Origin: Chloroflexota bacterium | GTDB taxonomy: Bacteria > Chloroflexota > Dehalococcoidia > UBA2979 | Reading direction: 5' to 3' | DNA: 64,000 bases | Assembly (NCBI GenBank): GCA_027593235.1 | Contig: JAQCIU010000001.1 | Coordinates: 64,001 to 128,000 of the forward strand | Part shown: one piece after another, positions 51,602 through 61,712 of the stretch | How positions within the stretch are numbered: position 1 is the first letter of the stretch | Layout of the letters: every line of letters begins with the position of its first letter | Program-made: the position numbers and the translations under genes | The notes under the pieces: generated by a model | Database searches by the model: none | Told to the model about the DNA's origin: nothing | Seen by the model: the letters and a program-made list of their open reading frames with translations, nothing else

Positions 51602-51739
51602 CTAGAACGGGTCTGGGATCTCGACGCTGCAAATCCCGTTGCCTTCCCAGGTACCGCCAAGCTCTGGGCACTCTGACGAAGTGATAGCCATCTGACCAAT
51701 CAGGCGGCGGCGTTCGATTTCGGGGCGTTCGTACATCAT
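51602..51739 (-). CDS. 45-aa RiPP-precursor-like peptide
   Basis: MMYERPEIERRRLIGQMAITSSECPELGGTWEGNGICSVEIPDPF; GGAGAG RBS; below ORF-track cutoff. Confidence 0.65.
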   Translation of the reverse strand: MMYERPEIERRRLIGQMAITSSECPELGGTWEGNGICSVEIPDPF

Positions 51740-51912
51740 CCGATGCTCTCCAAATGCTGTGATATTCCTGTTGAGTTACTTCGAGCGCAACTTATCAGAA
51801 CGGCGGCGTGCGTTCTCCTGTTGCAAAGAAGACTCGACGATCCGCCAGCAACCGGACTGAGGTCACTACGTCCCGCCCGGGGGCCAAGCTGCGATCGGTC
51901 GGTGGGGGTGCG

Positions 51913-53096
51913 ATGAACTGGTGGCCGGCCGCTTCCGGTGACGCGTGGACGTGGGGCTGGCAGGCCTTCCCCGGCGTCTGGCTGTTCATCGCCCTGATCG
52001 CCGGCGCCTACGTCGCCGCGCTTCGCGGTCCGGGACGGCGTCGCACCCGCCTCGGTGAGCCCGCGGCCAGCGGGCGCCAGCGGCTCTACTTCGTCCTCGG
52101 CCTCGTCGCGCTCTGGCTCGCGATCGATTGGCCGCTCGGCCTCCTCGGCACGGGCTACTCGCTCGCTGCCCGCATCGTTCATCACATGACGATCGGCTTC
52201 GTCGCCACGCCGCTGCTCCTGCTCGGGCTCCCCGAGTGGATGGCTTCGGCACTCGTCCGCGCTCGAAGGATGCGGGCGGTCATGCGGCAGTTGCTGCGAC
52301 CGTGGGTCGCGTCGCTGCTCTTCGACGCCGCGTTCCTCGTCTCGAGCATCCCGCCCGTCGTGAACGGATGGCAGCCGTCTCAGGCCGAATCGTTCGCGAT
52401 CACAGTGATGTAGGTCGCGTCCGGCCTGCTCGTCTGGTGGCCGCTGGTCGCGCCGGCCGGCTCGTTCGGGCGGCTCGGTTACCTGCTGATTGCGCCGTAC
52501 CTGTTCACCCAGTCCCTGCTCCCCAAGGTCCCGGCCGCCTACTACATCTTTTCCGGTGCCTCGTACGACGACCTGTACCGCGACGCCCCGCGCGCCTGGT
52601 CCGACATCTCCGCGGGACTCGACCAGCAGATCGCCGGCGCCGTCATCTGGCTGGTCGACGGCATCCTCGTCGTCACCGCGATCCACATGCTGACGCTCCG
52701 CTGGCAGCGCGACGAACGGATGCAGGGCGTGGTCCGCGACTTCGGGCTCCCCGTCAGCCCTCGCGCGCTGTCGCTGCTCTTCGAGGAGCCCGGCGCCTGG
52801 GAGGCGATGCAGCGCCTCGCCTCGATGGCGCGCGTGCAGCTCGGGGAGACCGCCGCCCACGCCGCGCTCGGCTCGACTTCCGGCTGCCGGAGGTGCTCAC
52901 CGCCGACACCCGCGAGCAAGTCGTCCTCGAGGTACGCGTTGCCCTCAACCCCGTCGAGCAGCTCGAACTCTGGGAGCGCATCGAACGCGGATACTCGGCC
53001 TATCTCGAGGGACTGACCGCGGGGCGGCGAGTGGCGGTGCGCCGACGCGTGGGCTTCCGTGTCGTGGAGTACGCGCTCACAGCCGTCGAGGGCTAA
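51913..53096 (+). pseudogene. Cytochrome c oxidase assembly factor (caa3 CtaG-like) with C-terminal extension; internal TAG at 52411-52413 and frameshift near 52865
   Basis: WP L...Y...HHM...P LLLLG, GLLVWWP and DQQIAG motifs. Confidence 0.8.
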
Positions 53097-53652
53097 GGCG
53101 CCTCGTACGCCGCGACGAGGACGACGAAACTGAGCGAGGCACCTCGGTAGGTCGCGCCGATCTCCCAGCAGCCGGGCGTGAGCGAGCCGCCGCTAATCAT
53201 GAACTCGTGCAGCTCGCCCCTCGGACGGATGCCATGGGTTACGGGGCCGGGGAGTTCGGTCAACCCCGGACCGTCGAGCTGCCGATGCACTCTGTGGAGT
53301 GCCGGCTCTGGCTCCTCGTGCCAGTCGAACGCGGTCGAGAACCAGAACTGCTTCAGCGTCAGCCGGCCATCGTCGTTGACGCTCCAGTTCGCGCCGTTCA
53401 GGTCGAGTAGTGTCCAGAGGTCGCCGTCGCCGTACCAGACGGCGTCGTACAACGGTGGTGGCACCGGTGCCAGTCCGAGGGCGGCGAGAACGCCGGCTGA
53501 GGCGGGGTCGTGACCGGGCAGGCCTCGCCGCTGGCGAGCCGCGTCGCCCCCTGGGAGCATCCGGCCCAGAGCATCGCGAGAAGCGCGAGCACTCCGAGGG
53601 CTGCGAGTCCGCGGAGCGCGGACCGCGCTGGTAGCGACGGGTGGTGTTTCAT
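53093..53652 (-). pseudogene. Lipoprotein (CPVT...WYG..LWT...GCWEI family) split by a frameshift near 53468
   Basis: Signal/lipobox WAGC and CPVT in one frame; WYGDGDLWT...GCWEI..LSFVV in the other. Confidence 0.65.
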
Positions 53653-53737
53653 GAGAGACATACACCGCCGCGCCTCCGTTGGTTCCGCCCGGACGCGCTA
53701 GATCGACGAGGACTGAACGCTCGGCGAGGGAGCTTTG

Positions 53738-55543
53738 ATGGCGCGTCCTGACCCCCACTCCTACTTCGACGACACCCAGCCGCGCACGCGCCACCTCGAG
53801 CTGACGCTCGACGTCGACTTCGAGGAACGCCGCCTCCGCGGCCGCGCCACCCTCGTCCTCGACCCGCCGGTCCCCGCGGTCGTCGACCCCGACGGCCCGT
53901 CGCCCGTGCTCGACCTCGACACCGACGGACTGACCATCGAGGCGCTGCAAGTCGACGGCGCCCTTGTCGGCGGAATCCTCAGCGACGAAGACGCGGTGCT
54001 CGGCCGTCGCCTCCGCATCGACCTCCCCGCCGGCGCCTCCCGCGTCACGATCGACTACCAGACAGCTACCGAGGCGATCGGCCTCCAGTGGCTCGAGCCG
54101 TCGCAGACCGCCGCCGGCGAGCATCCCTTCCTCTTCTCGCAGTGCCAGCCGATCCACGCCCGCTCCGTCGTCCCCGTGCAGGACTCACCCGCCGCCCGCG
54201 TCACGTTCGAGGCGGTGCTGACCGTCCCCGCTCCGCTCGTCGCGGTGATGGCCGCCGGACCGGCCACCGAGGAGCCAGACTCGCCCGAGGGCACCCGAAC
54301 CTTCCGCTTCAAGATGCCCCAGGCGATCCCGCCGTACCTGATCGCGTTCGCGGTCGGCGACCTCGAGGCCCGCGATATTTCAGAGCGCACGCGGGTCTGG
54401 GCCGAGCCCTCGATGGTCGAGGCGGCGGCGTACGAGTTCGCCGAGACCGAGCAGATGATGGCGACCGCCGAGGAGATGTTCGGCCCCTACGACTGGGACC
54501 GCTACGACCTGCTGGTGCTGCCGCCGTCCTTCCCGTACGGCGGGATGGAAAACCCTCGGCTGACCTTCCTCACGCCGACGGTGATCGCCGGCGACCGCTC
54601 GCTCGTCGACGTGATCGCGCACGAGCTGGCGCACTCCTGGACCGGCAACCTGATCACCAACGCCACCTTCGACCACTTCTGGCTCAACGAGGGCGCCACC
54701 ACCTGGGCCGAACGTCGCATCGTCGAAGCGCTGCACGGCGAAGAGTCGGTCGCCCTCGACTGGGCGATCGGTGAACAGGGCCTGCAGGTCGCGTTCGACC
54801 GCTTCGGCCTCGACTCGCCGCTGACGAGGCTCCGCACCGACCTCGAGGGCGGCGACCCGGACGACGCGTACTCGATCATCCCCTACGAGAAGGGCGCCCG
54901 CTTCTTCGCACTCCTCGAGCGCACCGCCGGGCGCGAGCGCTTCGATGCGTTCATCCGTCGCTACATCGAGCGCTACCGCTTCACCTCGATCACCACCGAG
55001 GAGTTCGTCGCCTTCCTCGACAGCGAGCTGCCCGGCGTCGCCGCCGAGGTGGGTGCGAACGCCTGGCTCTACGCGCCCGGCATACCCTCGAACGCCCCGC
55101 AGTTCCGCTCCGAACGCCTCGAGTCGCTGATCGCCCGCGGCGCCGGCTTCGCCACCGGCGAGCGCCCGACCGCCGAGGAGGTCGCGGCCTGGGCACCCTC
55201 GGAGCTGCTCGTCTACCTCCAGCACGTCCCGCGCCCGCTCCCTCCCGAGGACTGCGCGTGGCTGGACGAACACCTGTCGCTGATGAACCGCGGCAACTAC
55301 GAGCTCCTCGTCGAGTGGCTCACCATCGCCGCCGCCTCGGACTACGAACCGGCCTTCGGCCGCCTCGCCGACGTCCTCACCGAGGTGGGCCGCATGAAGT
55401 ACCTCCGCCCGCTCTACCTCGCGATGGGCGGACACCCTCGGACGCGCGCGCTGGCGAGGGAGATCTTCGAGCGCGCGTCACCGGGGTACCACGAGCTCTC
55501 GCGCCGAGCGGCGGAGGATGTGATGGCGGGGTACCCGGAGTAA
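53738..55543 (+). CDS. M1 aminopeptidase, leukotriene A4 hydrolase-like
   Basis: DPHSY, FPYGGMENP, HELAHSWTGNL, WLNEG, PYEKG and VGRMKYLRPLY motifs. Confidence 0.95.
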   Translation: MARPDPHSYFDDTQPRTRHLELTLDVDFEERRLRGRATLVLDPPVPAVVDPDGPSPVLDLDTDGLTIEALQVDGALVGGILSDEDAVLGRRLRIDLPAGASRVTIDYQTATEAIGLQWLEPSQTAAGEHPFLFSQCQPIHARSVVPVQDSPAARVTFEAVLTVPAPLVAVMAAGPATEEPDSPEGTRTFRFKMPQAIPPYLIAFAVGDLEARDISERTRVWAEPSMVEAAAYEFAETEQMMATAEEMFGPYDWDRYDLLVLPPSFPYGGMENPRLTFLTPTVIAGDRSLVDVIAHELAHSWTGNLITNATFDHFWLNEGATTWAERRIVEALHGEESVALDWAIGEQGLQVAFDRFGLDSPLTRLRTDLEGGDPDDAYSIIPYEKGARFFALLERTAGRERFDAFIRRYIERYRFTSITTEEFVAFLDSELPGVAAEVGANAWLYAPGIPSNAPQFRSERLESLIARGAGFATGERPTAEEVAAWAPSELLVYLQHVPRPLPPEDCAWLDEHLSLMNRGNYELLVEWLTIAAASDYEPAFGRLADVLTEVGRMKYLRPLYLAMGGHPRTRALAREIFERASPGYHELSRRAAEDVMAGYPE

Positions 55544-55563
55544 GGGCCCGTGTGGGCGAGACG

Positions 55564-55983
55564 GTGAGCGCGACTGGAGCGTGGCGGTGGTTCGCGTCGT
55601 TCGCTGCGGCGGCGGCCGGCTTTGGCTCGCAAGCTCTCCTATTCGACGAGGCCGGCGCGATTGACTGGTTCCTTTCGACCAACTGGCTTGTGGGTGGCGC
55701 GATCAGCGCGGTCGGCATGGTGGTGCTGACTCAGGCGGTCTGGGAACTGCGCCTGGGCCGATGGTGGCCGATGCTTGTCGTTGCGCTCGTAGCGCCGATG
55801 CCGTTCGCAGTCTACGTCTGGCCGAATAACTGGGTGCTGGCGGCGAGCCATCTCGTCCCGCTGCTCGCCCTGTCTGCGTCGGGGCGAGCGATGGGAGTAC
55901 CCGTCGGGCGTGCGCTGGTGTTTGCCCTCGGGGGGCTCGCGCTCGCGTGGATCTGGCTGTGGCCCGCCTCGTCGATCGAGTAG
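55564..55983 (+). CDS. Hypothetical membrane protein
   Basis: About five hydrophobic segments; start uncertain (55552 or 55564). Confidence 0.6.
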   Translation: MSATGAWRWFASFAAAAAGFGSQALLFDEAGAIDWFLSTNWLVGGAISAVGMVVLTQAVWELRLGRWWPMLVVALVAPMPFAVYVWPNNWVLAASHLVPLLALSASGRAMGVPVGRALVFALGGLALAWIWLWPASSIE

Positions 55984-55993
55984 CCGGCCGAAC

Positions 55994-57355
55994 TCAGGAG
56001 CGCTCGGACTCGCGCATTTCCGCGACTGCGGCACCGGGCGTCGGTGCCGGCCGTGACACCGGGAGCTCGGCAATCCCTCGGGTGAGGTCCGGTCGGGGAA
56101 GTTTCAGCGCGACCACGAAGAGGGCGAGTGAGGCGACGTAGGTGCCGATGAACAGCAGGATCGCGGCGTCGTAGGAACCGGTGCGGTCGAAGATCGCGCC
56201 CGCGATCGTCGGACTGATCACCTGGCCAAGCGTCTCCACGACGACCACGGCTCCGAGGATTGTCGCGAAGTGAGCGACCCCGAACGCGCGGGTCAGCAGC
56301 AGTGCCTCGATGATCGGTCCGCCTGCGGTGCCGGCGACCCAGAAGACGAGGAAGAGGACGATCGCCGCCGGAGCGGTGCTGATCGATAGCGTGGCCATCG
56401 CGGAGATCAGGAACAGGACGAGCACGATCGTCAGCACCTCGAAGCGCGGGACGCGATCGGCGAGTGCGCCGACCAGCAGGCGCGTGCCAATGCCGAGCCC
56501 GGCGGTGACTGAGACGAGCCAGGCGGCGTTGGCCCTCGAGATGCCGACGGACTCGTAGAACGGGATCTGGTGGACGAGCCAGCCGAACATCCCGAAGAAG
56601 AGCAGGGTGACGGCGAAGGCGAGCGTCCAGAACAGCGGCGTGCGGAGCGCCTCGCGGAGCGTCAGCCCCTCGACGGCTGGGCGCGGCAGGTTCGTGTCGT
56701 GTGCGGGAGCGCCGTCGACCTCGGCGCCCACGTCGGCGGGTGAGTTGCGAACGATGAACCAGCCCACCGGGAGAAAGAGCGCGGCGGTTGCCACGCCCGA
56801 AACGACGAAGGCTCCGCGCCAACCGAGCCCGCCGATCGCCGCGCTCATCAGCGGAACCATGATGAAGCCGCCGAGCGAGAAGCCGCTGCCCAGGATGCTG
56901 ACGGCGATGCCACGGCGGCGATCGAACCACCTGGAGATCAGCGCCATGAACGGCATGAAGAACATCAACTGGCGGACGACCGCGTTGATCGCCGAGAACA
57001 GGTACCACTGCCAGAGGGTGTTGGTGAACGCGAGCAGTAGGTAGCTGAGCGCCGTGAGCACCGCGCCGACGAGGATTGCCGATCGCGGACCTCGGGTGTC
57101 GATCCAGCGCCCGATGAGCGGCGCTGCGAGCCCGCTGACCAGCAACGACACCGAAAAGCCGAGGGAGACCTCGGCTCGCGACCACCCGAACTCGGCTTCG
57201 AGCGGCTCGACGTAGAGGCCGAACGACCAGAACGAGACGCCGGATCCGAGGGCCATCGACACCACGGCCGCGGCGAGCAACCACCAGCCGTAGAACACCT
57301 TGCGGTGCCCCGAGACGACGTCGACAGCTCCGGAGAGCGCACGCAGAGCGGTCAA
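55994..57355 (-). CDS. MFS transporter
   Basis: FYGWW, GRWIDTRGPR and WFDRRRG motifs; about 12 TMs. Confidence 0.92.
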   Translation of the reverse strand: MTALRALSGAVDVVSGHRKVFYGWWLLAAAVVSMALGSGVSFWSFGLYVEPLEAEFGWSRAEVSLGFSVSLLVSGLAAPLIGRWIDTRGPRSAILVGAVLTALSYLLLAFTNTLWQWYLFSAINAVVRQLMFFMPFMALISRWFDRRRGIAVSILGSGFSLGGFIMVPLMSAAIGGLGWRGAFVVSGVATAALFLPVGWFIVRNSPADVGAEVDGAPAHDTNLPRPAVEGLTLREALRTPLFWTLAFAVTLLFFGMFGWLVHQIPFYESVGISRANAAWLVSVTAGLGIGTRLLVGALADRVPRFEVLTIVLVLFLISAMATLSISTAPAAIVLFLVFWVAGTAGGPIIEALLLTRAFGVAHFATILGAVVVVETLGQVISPTIAGAIFDRTGSYDAAILLFIGTYVASLALFVVALKLPRPDLTRGIAELPVSRPAPTPGAAVAEMRESERS

Positions 57356-57488
57356 GTGGGCTCCGTGGTTGGAGATCAGCGAGGGGCGATCACCGTATCA
57401 GTCGAGGGCCGTGGGGAGCGCCGGGGGATCTCGCGCGCTACCCCACGTGGCGGGCTCTCGCCGACGGAACGTCGGCGGCGTGATCGAC

Positions 57489-57514
57489 CGGCGGCTTGCC
57501 CGAGCAAGCCGCCG
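57489..57514 (-). terminator. Hairpin after the ABM gene
   Basis: CGGCGGCTTGC-CCGA-GCAAGCCGCCG. Confidence 0.55.
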
Positions 57515-57538
57515 TGCTGCCGAGGCTTGCGCTGCTCG

Positions 57539-57841
57539 CTAGCGCTTCACGCCCGCGATCCAGGTCAGGCGCGTGATCTCCGGCCGCGCGCCGGCGACCC
57601 CCTTGAGGTCCTCGCCGAGCTGCTTCATGTGGTCGCTCGCGCCGTGGGCGGCGGAGGCGTCTTCGCTGTCGTACTGCTCGTAGAAGTAGAAGACCGTCGG
57701 GTCCTCGTCCGAGGTATGCAGCTCATACTTCGGCACGCCCGGCTCGTTCGTGCTGACGGCGGCGACCATCTTCTCGAGGGCTGCGCGCATCTCTGCTTCT
57801 TTGCCCTCACGGGCCTGGAGCTTGGCAATCACGGTTCGCAT
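57539..57841 (-). CDS. ABM-domain (quinol monooxygenase-like) protein
   Basis: EPG..YELH...FYFYEQY...AH..SDH pattern. Confidence 0.9.
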   Translation of the reverse strand: MRTVIAKLQAREGKEAEMRAALEKMVAAVSTNEPGVPKYELHTSDEDPTVFYFYEQYDSEDASAAHGASDHMKQLGEDLKGVAGARPEITRLTWIAGVKR

Positions 57842-57991
57842 CTGGGTCTCCTCGGTGTTGGGTGCGTTGGCAGGCGGAGTCTAGCAAGCGCCGATGCCGC
57901 CACCGAGGAGCGCGCCCCGGACGAGGTCGCGCACTCCGTCAGGCTAGGCTCATGGCAGACGGAGAATGGTGCGGCTCTTGCGGGGGGCGTC

Positions 57992-58627
57992 ATGGGCAAG
58001 TGGTGGCTGACGACGCCGATCTTCGTGGCCGCGGCACTTGCATCGATCACCGCGTGCGGCGGCGGTGCTGACGACGGCGGGTCCGAGCCGACCGCAACCG
58101 CAACCGCTACCTCGGCCGCCGCGCCGGCCGCCGATGACGCCGCCTCGGGCGACGCCACCACCGCCTTCCGCGAGCGAATGACCGCGATCGAGGCCGCCGT
58201 CGCCACCTGGCGTGCCGCCGAGACGATCGAGGACGCTCGCGCCGCCGCCGAGGCTGCTGCCAACCTCGTCGTCGGCCCCGCTGGTCCCGGCTACGGTGAC
58301 CGCGACGGCAATGGGGCGATCGAGGGCGCAAGCGACATCGCCCTGCTCCCGGTGCTGGCCGCGCCGCTCGATGCCAACCCCTGCATCGTCGCCGACGTAC
58401 TCGGTGGCTCGTGGGACGATCCCGAGGCCCGCTGGAACGCCATGCTCGCCGCCATCGAGGACTGGCGTCCCGACCACAACACCATGCCGAGCCTGCTCAG
58501 CCACCCGATGCGGATCGTTGGCTGGGCCACCTTCACCCTCGCCTCGGACTCCATCGATGAAGCGCACGAGTACGCCGGACACGCGCAGCTCCACGTGAAC
58601 GTCTCGCTCGCCGCGCTCGATTGCTGA
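57992..58627 (+). CDS. Hypothetical lipoprotein
   Basis: Lipobox ITAC; DRDGNG EF-like loop; His-rich C-terminus (HPMR, HEYAGHAQLH). Confidence 0.7.
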   Translation: MGKWWLTTPIFVAAALASITACGGGADDGGSEPTATATATSAAAPAADDAASGDATTAFRERMTAIEAAVATWRAAETIEDARAAAEAAANLVVGPAGPGYGDRDGNGAIEGASDIALLPVLAAPLDANPCIVADVLGGSWDDPEARWNAMLAAIEDWRPDHNTMPSLLSHPMRIVGWATFTLASDSIDEAHEYAGHAQLHVNVSLAALDC

Positions 58628-58665
58628 GCGCGGCGGACGAGGTTGGGTGACGCCCCTCCCTGGGT

Positions 58666-59805
58666 TCAGCGCGCGGGAGCGGTCGCCGCGGTGGCGCCGG
58701 TCTTCGGGCGTCGCGGACCGGCGGCGGCACGATCGGCGACGAGCGACGCGATGCGCTCGGCATCGCGCCCGACGCCGTGGACCATGTTCGAGGACATCGC
58801 GTTCAGGAACTCCAGGCCGACGAAATAGAGCCCCGGCTGATCGTCGGCGACGCCGCGCTGGTGTTTCGGTTCGTGCTCGCCGTGAATGGGCAGATCGATC
58901 CATGAGAAGCCGGGGTGGAACCCGGTGCACCAGATGACGTTGGGCGCATCCAGCACGCGGCCGTCCTCCAGCCGCGGTTGGCCATCCTCGGTCCCGGCGA
59001 CGCGCGGTACGCGCTCCACGCTCGCCGCTTTCAGGTCACGGCTCTTCACGCGGATCAGCGGGCCGCCCTCGCTGATCACCTTCGGGCGCATGCGCCGACC
59101 CATCGGCGTGCCGACGGTGAGCACGCGGTGGAAGAGGCCGCGCAGCACCAGCCGCGTAAGCACGCGCCGTCCGAGGAACCCGTCGATGCGGAAAGGGACC
59201 TCCCCGACGTCACGGCCGGACAGCCAGACCTGACGATCGGCGGCGAGTTCGCGCGCGATTTCCGCTCCGGAGTTGCCGGCGCCGACGATCAGGACACCGC
59301 CTGGCTGGAGTTGTTCGGGATTGCGGTACTCGATGGAATGGAGCTGGGTGATCGCCGGCGCGAGTCCAGCGGCGAACGCCGGGACGTGCGGGCTCTGGTG
59401 GTTCGACATTGCGACGACCACCTGGTCGGCGCGCACGGTTCGATCGCCCAGGTTGAGCAGGAAGCCCTCGCCATCGCGGCTGAGCCGTTCGACACGGCGG
59501 CCGGTTTGCACCGGCAGCTCGAAGTGCGCGGCGTAGCTCTCGAGGTAATCGGCCATCGCGTCCTTCGTGACCAGCTCGAAGCGCGGCGCGGGGAACGGCA
59601 TGCCGTCGAGCCCATCGAAGCGGGCGGGGGTGAAGAGCCGCAGTGAGTCCCAGCGGTTGCGCCAGACGTCGCCGATCCGCTCGTTGGCATCGAGGATGAC
59701 GAAGGGGGCGCCCCGCTGCTTCAGGTGGTGGCCGACCGACAGGCCCGCCTGCCCGGCGCCGATGATCGCGGTGCCAACCTGCTCTGGACTGGATGGTGTC
59801 GTCAT
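58666..59805 (-). CDS. Flavin-containing monooxygenase (CzcO/ArsO-like)
   Basis: GAGQAGL, WDSLRLFTP, QLHS..YRNP, GAGNSG and IWCTGF motifs. Confidence 0.9.
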   Translation of the reverse strand: MTTPSSPEQVGTAIIGAGQAGLSVGHHLKQRGAPFVILDANERIGDVWRNRWDSLRLFTPARFDGLDGMPFPAPRFELVTKDAMADYLESYAAHFELPVQTGRRVERLSRDGEGFLLNLGDRTVRADQVVVAMSNHQSPHVPAFAAGLAPAITQLHSIEYRNPEQLQPGGVLIVGAGNSGAEIARELAADRQVWLSGRDVGEVPFRIDGFLGRRVLTRLVLRGLFHRVLTVGTPMGRRMRPKVISEGGPLIRVKSRDLKAASVERVPRVAGTEDGQPRLEDGRVLDAPNVIWCTGFHPGFSWIDLPIHGEHEPKHQRGVADDQPGLYFVGLEFLNAMSSNMVHGVGRDAERIASLVADRAAAGPRRPKTGATAATAPAR

Positions 59806-59938
59806 GGCGGTGCTCCGTACTGCTGACCGGCGCGAACGCGACGGGTTGCATCAAACGCTACGGAAGGGTGGCGGGCGTGACTTCGATCGAACTGTCCATT
59901 TCGCGGCGGGACCGCGTATGGGTGATCTGATGTAGTCG

Positions 59939-61567
59939 CTAGAGCAGGTCGTGCTCGTAAGCGTAGGCCGTGGCAGCCGAGCGCGAAGAGAGTCCGAGCT
60001 TGCCGAAGATGTTGCTGACGTGGCGCGCGACCGTCTTATCGCTGATTGTCAGGTGCTCAGCGATCGCGCGGTTCGTCATCCCGGTGGCGACGAGGCTGAG
60101 GATCTTCAGCTCGCGTGGGGTCAGCCAGCCCGGCGCCGTGCTGGTGCCCCCCTCGGCAGCGAGGCGCGCGAGGTCGTTGGCGGCGCCGAGGTGTTCGAAG
60201 GTGTCGCGCGCCGCCGTCCGCTCGGCGGTAGCGCGCTCGGTGTCGCCCTCGCCGTCGGCGACGCGTGCGAGCAGAACACGGGTGCGCGCGGCCTCGTAGG
60301 GGGCGCCAAGCGAGAGCCAGATCGTCAGCGCCTGCCGGAGCTGTGTGCTCGCTTCGGTCAGATCGTCGTCGGCGAGCGCGATCGCTCCGGCCGCCTGCGC
60401 GGCGCTGGCCTCGAGGAACGGCGCGCTGAGCTGTCCAGCGAGGGCGTTGAGTTCCTCGAGCGAGACGGTCGCGAGCGCCGAGTCATTCGCCGCGAGCGCG
60501 ATTTCGACGGCGGCGATCAGCAAGCGAGCGCGGGTCGCCGGGACGTGGTGTTCGTTGAGCGCGTGGCGGATCGCGGTGGTCGCCGCGTCACCGCGTCCCT
60601 GATCGAGCCGCAGCAGCGCGAGACCCGGCTCCGGATCGACGCCGTGATCGGCGGCACGGCGGAATGCTTCCTGCGCTGCCGGCAGCGCGCCAATCAGCCG
60701 CTGCAGCTCGCCCTGCCGGTAGTAGGCGTCGCCGATTTCGGGTCGTGGCGGTTCGGAGAGGATCTGGAAGGCGCGCTGCGTTTCCGCCGCGGCATCCGGC
60801 CATGAGCCATGCAACTGCATGATCTCCGCGCGGTAGAGCAGGCACTTCCCGCGGAACGGAACCAGATCCGGCTGCGACTCGCACCAGCGGTGGAGTGCCT
60901 GCGTCCATTCCTGCGCGCGCGCCAGGTCGAAGAGCTCCTGGCACACCTCGATCACCGCGCAGTAGACGATGCCGGCGACGACCGGGCCGACGTCGCCGGC
61001 GAGGACGCTGACCATCGCCTCGTCGAGCAACGCCGCGCCGCGTACCGGTTCGCCGAGGCGTATCAGCGACTGCCCCTGACCAAGCCGTCCGAGGGTGGCC
61101 AGGTCCAGATCGTCGAAGCGTTCGCCGATCGCCGCCAGTTCCTCGAAGTGCTTGATCGCCTCCGCCGGGTTGCGCTCCTCGAGCAGTTGCAGCGCGCCGG
61201 GGAGTTTCAAGTAGCCATGTACCGGGGAATCCACGCCCGAGCGATCGAGGATGCGCTCCGTCCGCGCGAACCAGCCGCCAGCCTGCGCAGGCTCTCCGCG
61301 CTGGACCATCCCGAACGCTAACCAGAACGCACAGCGCGCAGCGGATCCCGGGTCATCCGCCGCGAGGTAGCCGTGGTGCGCGCGCTCCCAGAGCGCCGCG
61401 CTGCGGTCGTCCTCGGCGATCAGGTAGGCGACGACGGCGAACCGTTCGAGGTCTGGCGGGAGCAGGGTGCCAGCGCTGTCCGCCGCCTCAAGTGTGGCGA
61501 ACGCGCTGCCCCAGTCGCGCGCGACGACGGCGTCGCGGCCGATGTTCCCGTCGCTCGGTCCGTTCAT
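59939..61567 (-). CDS. LuxR-family regulator with TPR-like region
   Basis: C-terminal LTPRELKIL...TVARHVSNIFGKLG HTH. Confidence 0.92.
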   Translation of the reverse strand: MNGPSDGNIGRDAVVARDWGSAFATLEAADSAGTLLPPDLERFAVVAYLIAEDDRSAALWERAHHGYLAADDPGSAARCAFWLAFGMVQRGEPAQAGGWFARTERILDRSGVDSPVHGYLKLPGALQLLEERNPAEAIKHFEELAAIGERFDDLDLATLGRLGQGQSLIRLGEPVRGAALLDEAMVSVLAGDVGPVVAGIVYCAVIEVCQELFDLARAQEWTQALHRWCESQPDLVPFRGKCLLYRAEIMQLHGSWPDAAAETQRAFQILSEPPRPEIGDAYYRQGELQRLIGALPAAQEAFRRAADHGVDPEPGLALLRLDQGRGDAATTAIRHALNEHHVPATRARLLIAAVEIALAANDSALATVSLEELNALAGQLSAPFLEASAAQAAGAIALADDDLTEASTQLRQALTIWLSLGAPYEAARTRVLLARVADGEGDTERATAERTAARDTFEHLGAANDLARLAAEGGTSTAPGWLTPRELKILSLVATGMTNRAIAEHLTISDKTVARHVSNIFGKLGLSSRSAATAYAYEHDLL

Positions 61568-61712
61568 GACAGCTCGCGCTCCGTCCGGCCTGTGCCGGGA
61601 TGATAGGGGGACAGCGGGTCGCCATGGTCGCGGCGGCGCCTCGACCGCACCTCGACGCCACCACGCTCGCCGCTATGCTCCGTCGAGACCAAGCGGGTAC
61701 GAGGGGGACGGC

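Noticed and set aside
24235-52413. Genome-wide TAG reassignment
   Set aside because: Dozens of genes end cleanly at TAG at their expected C-termini, so full reassignment is untenable; only context-dependent readthrough remains possible.
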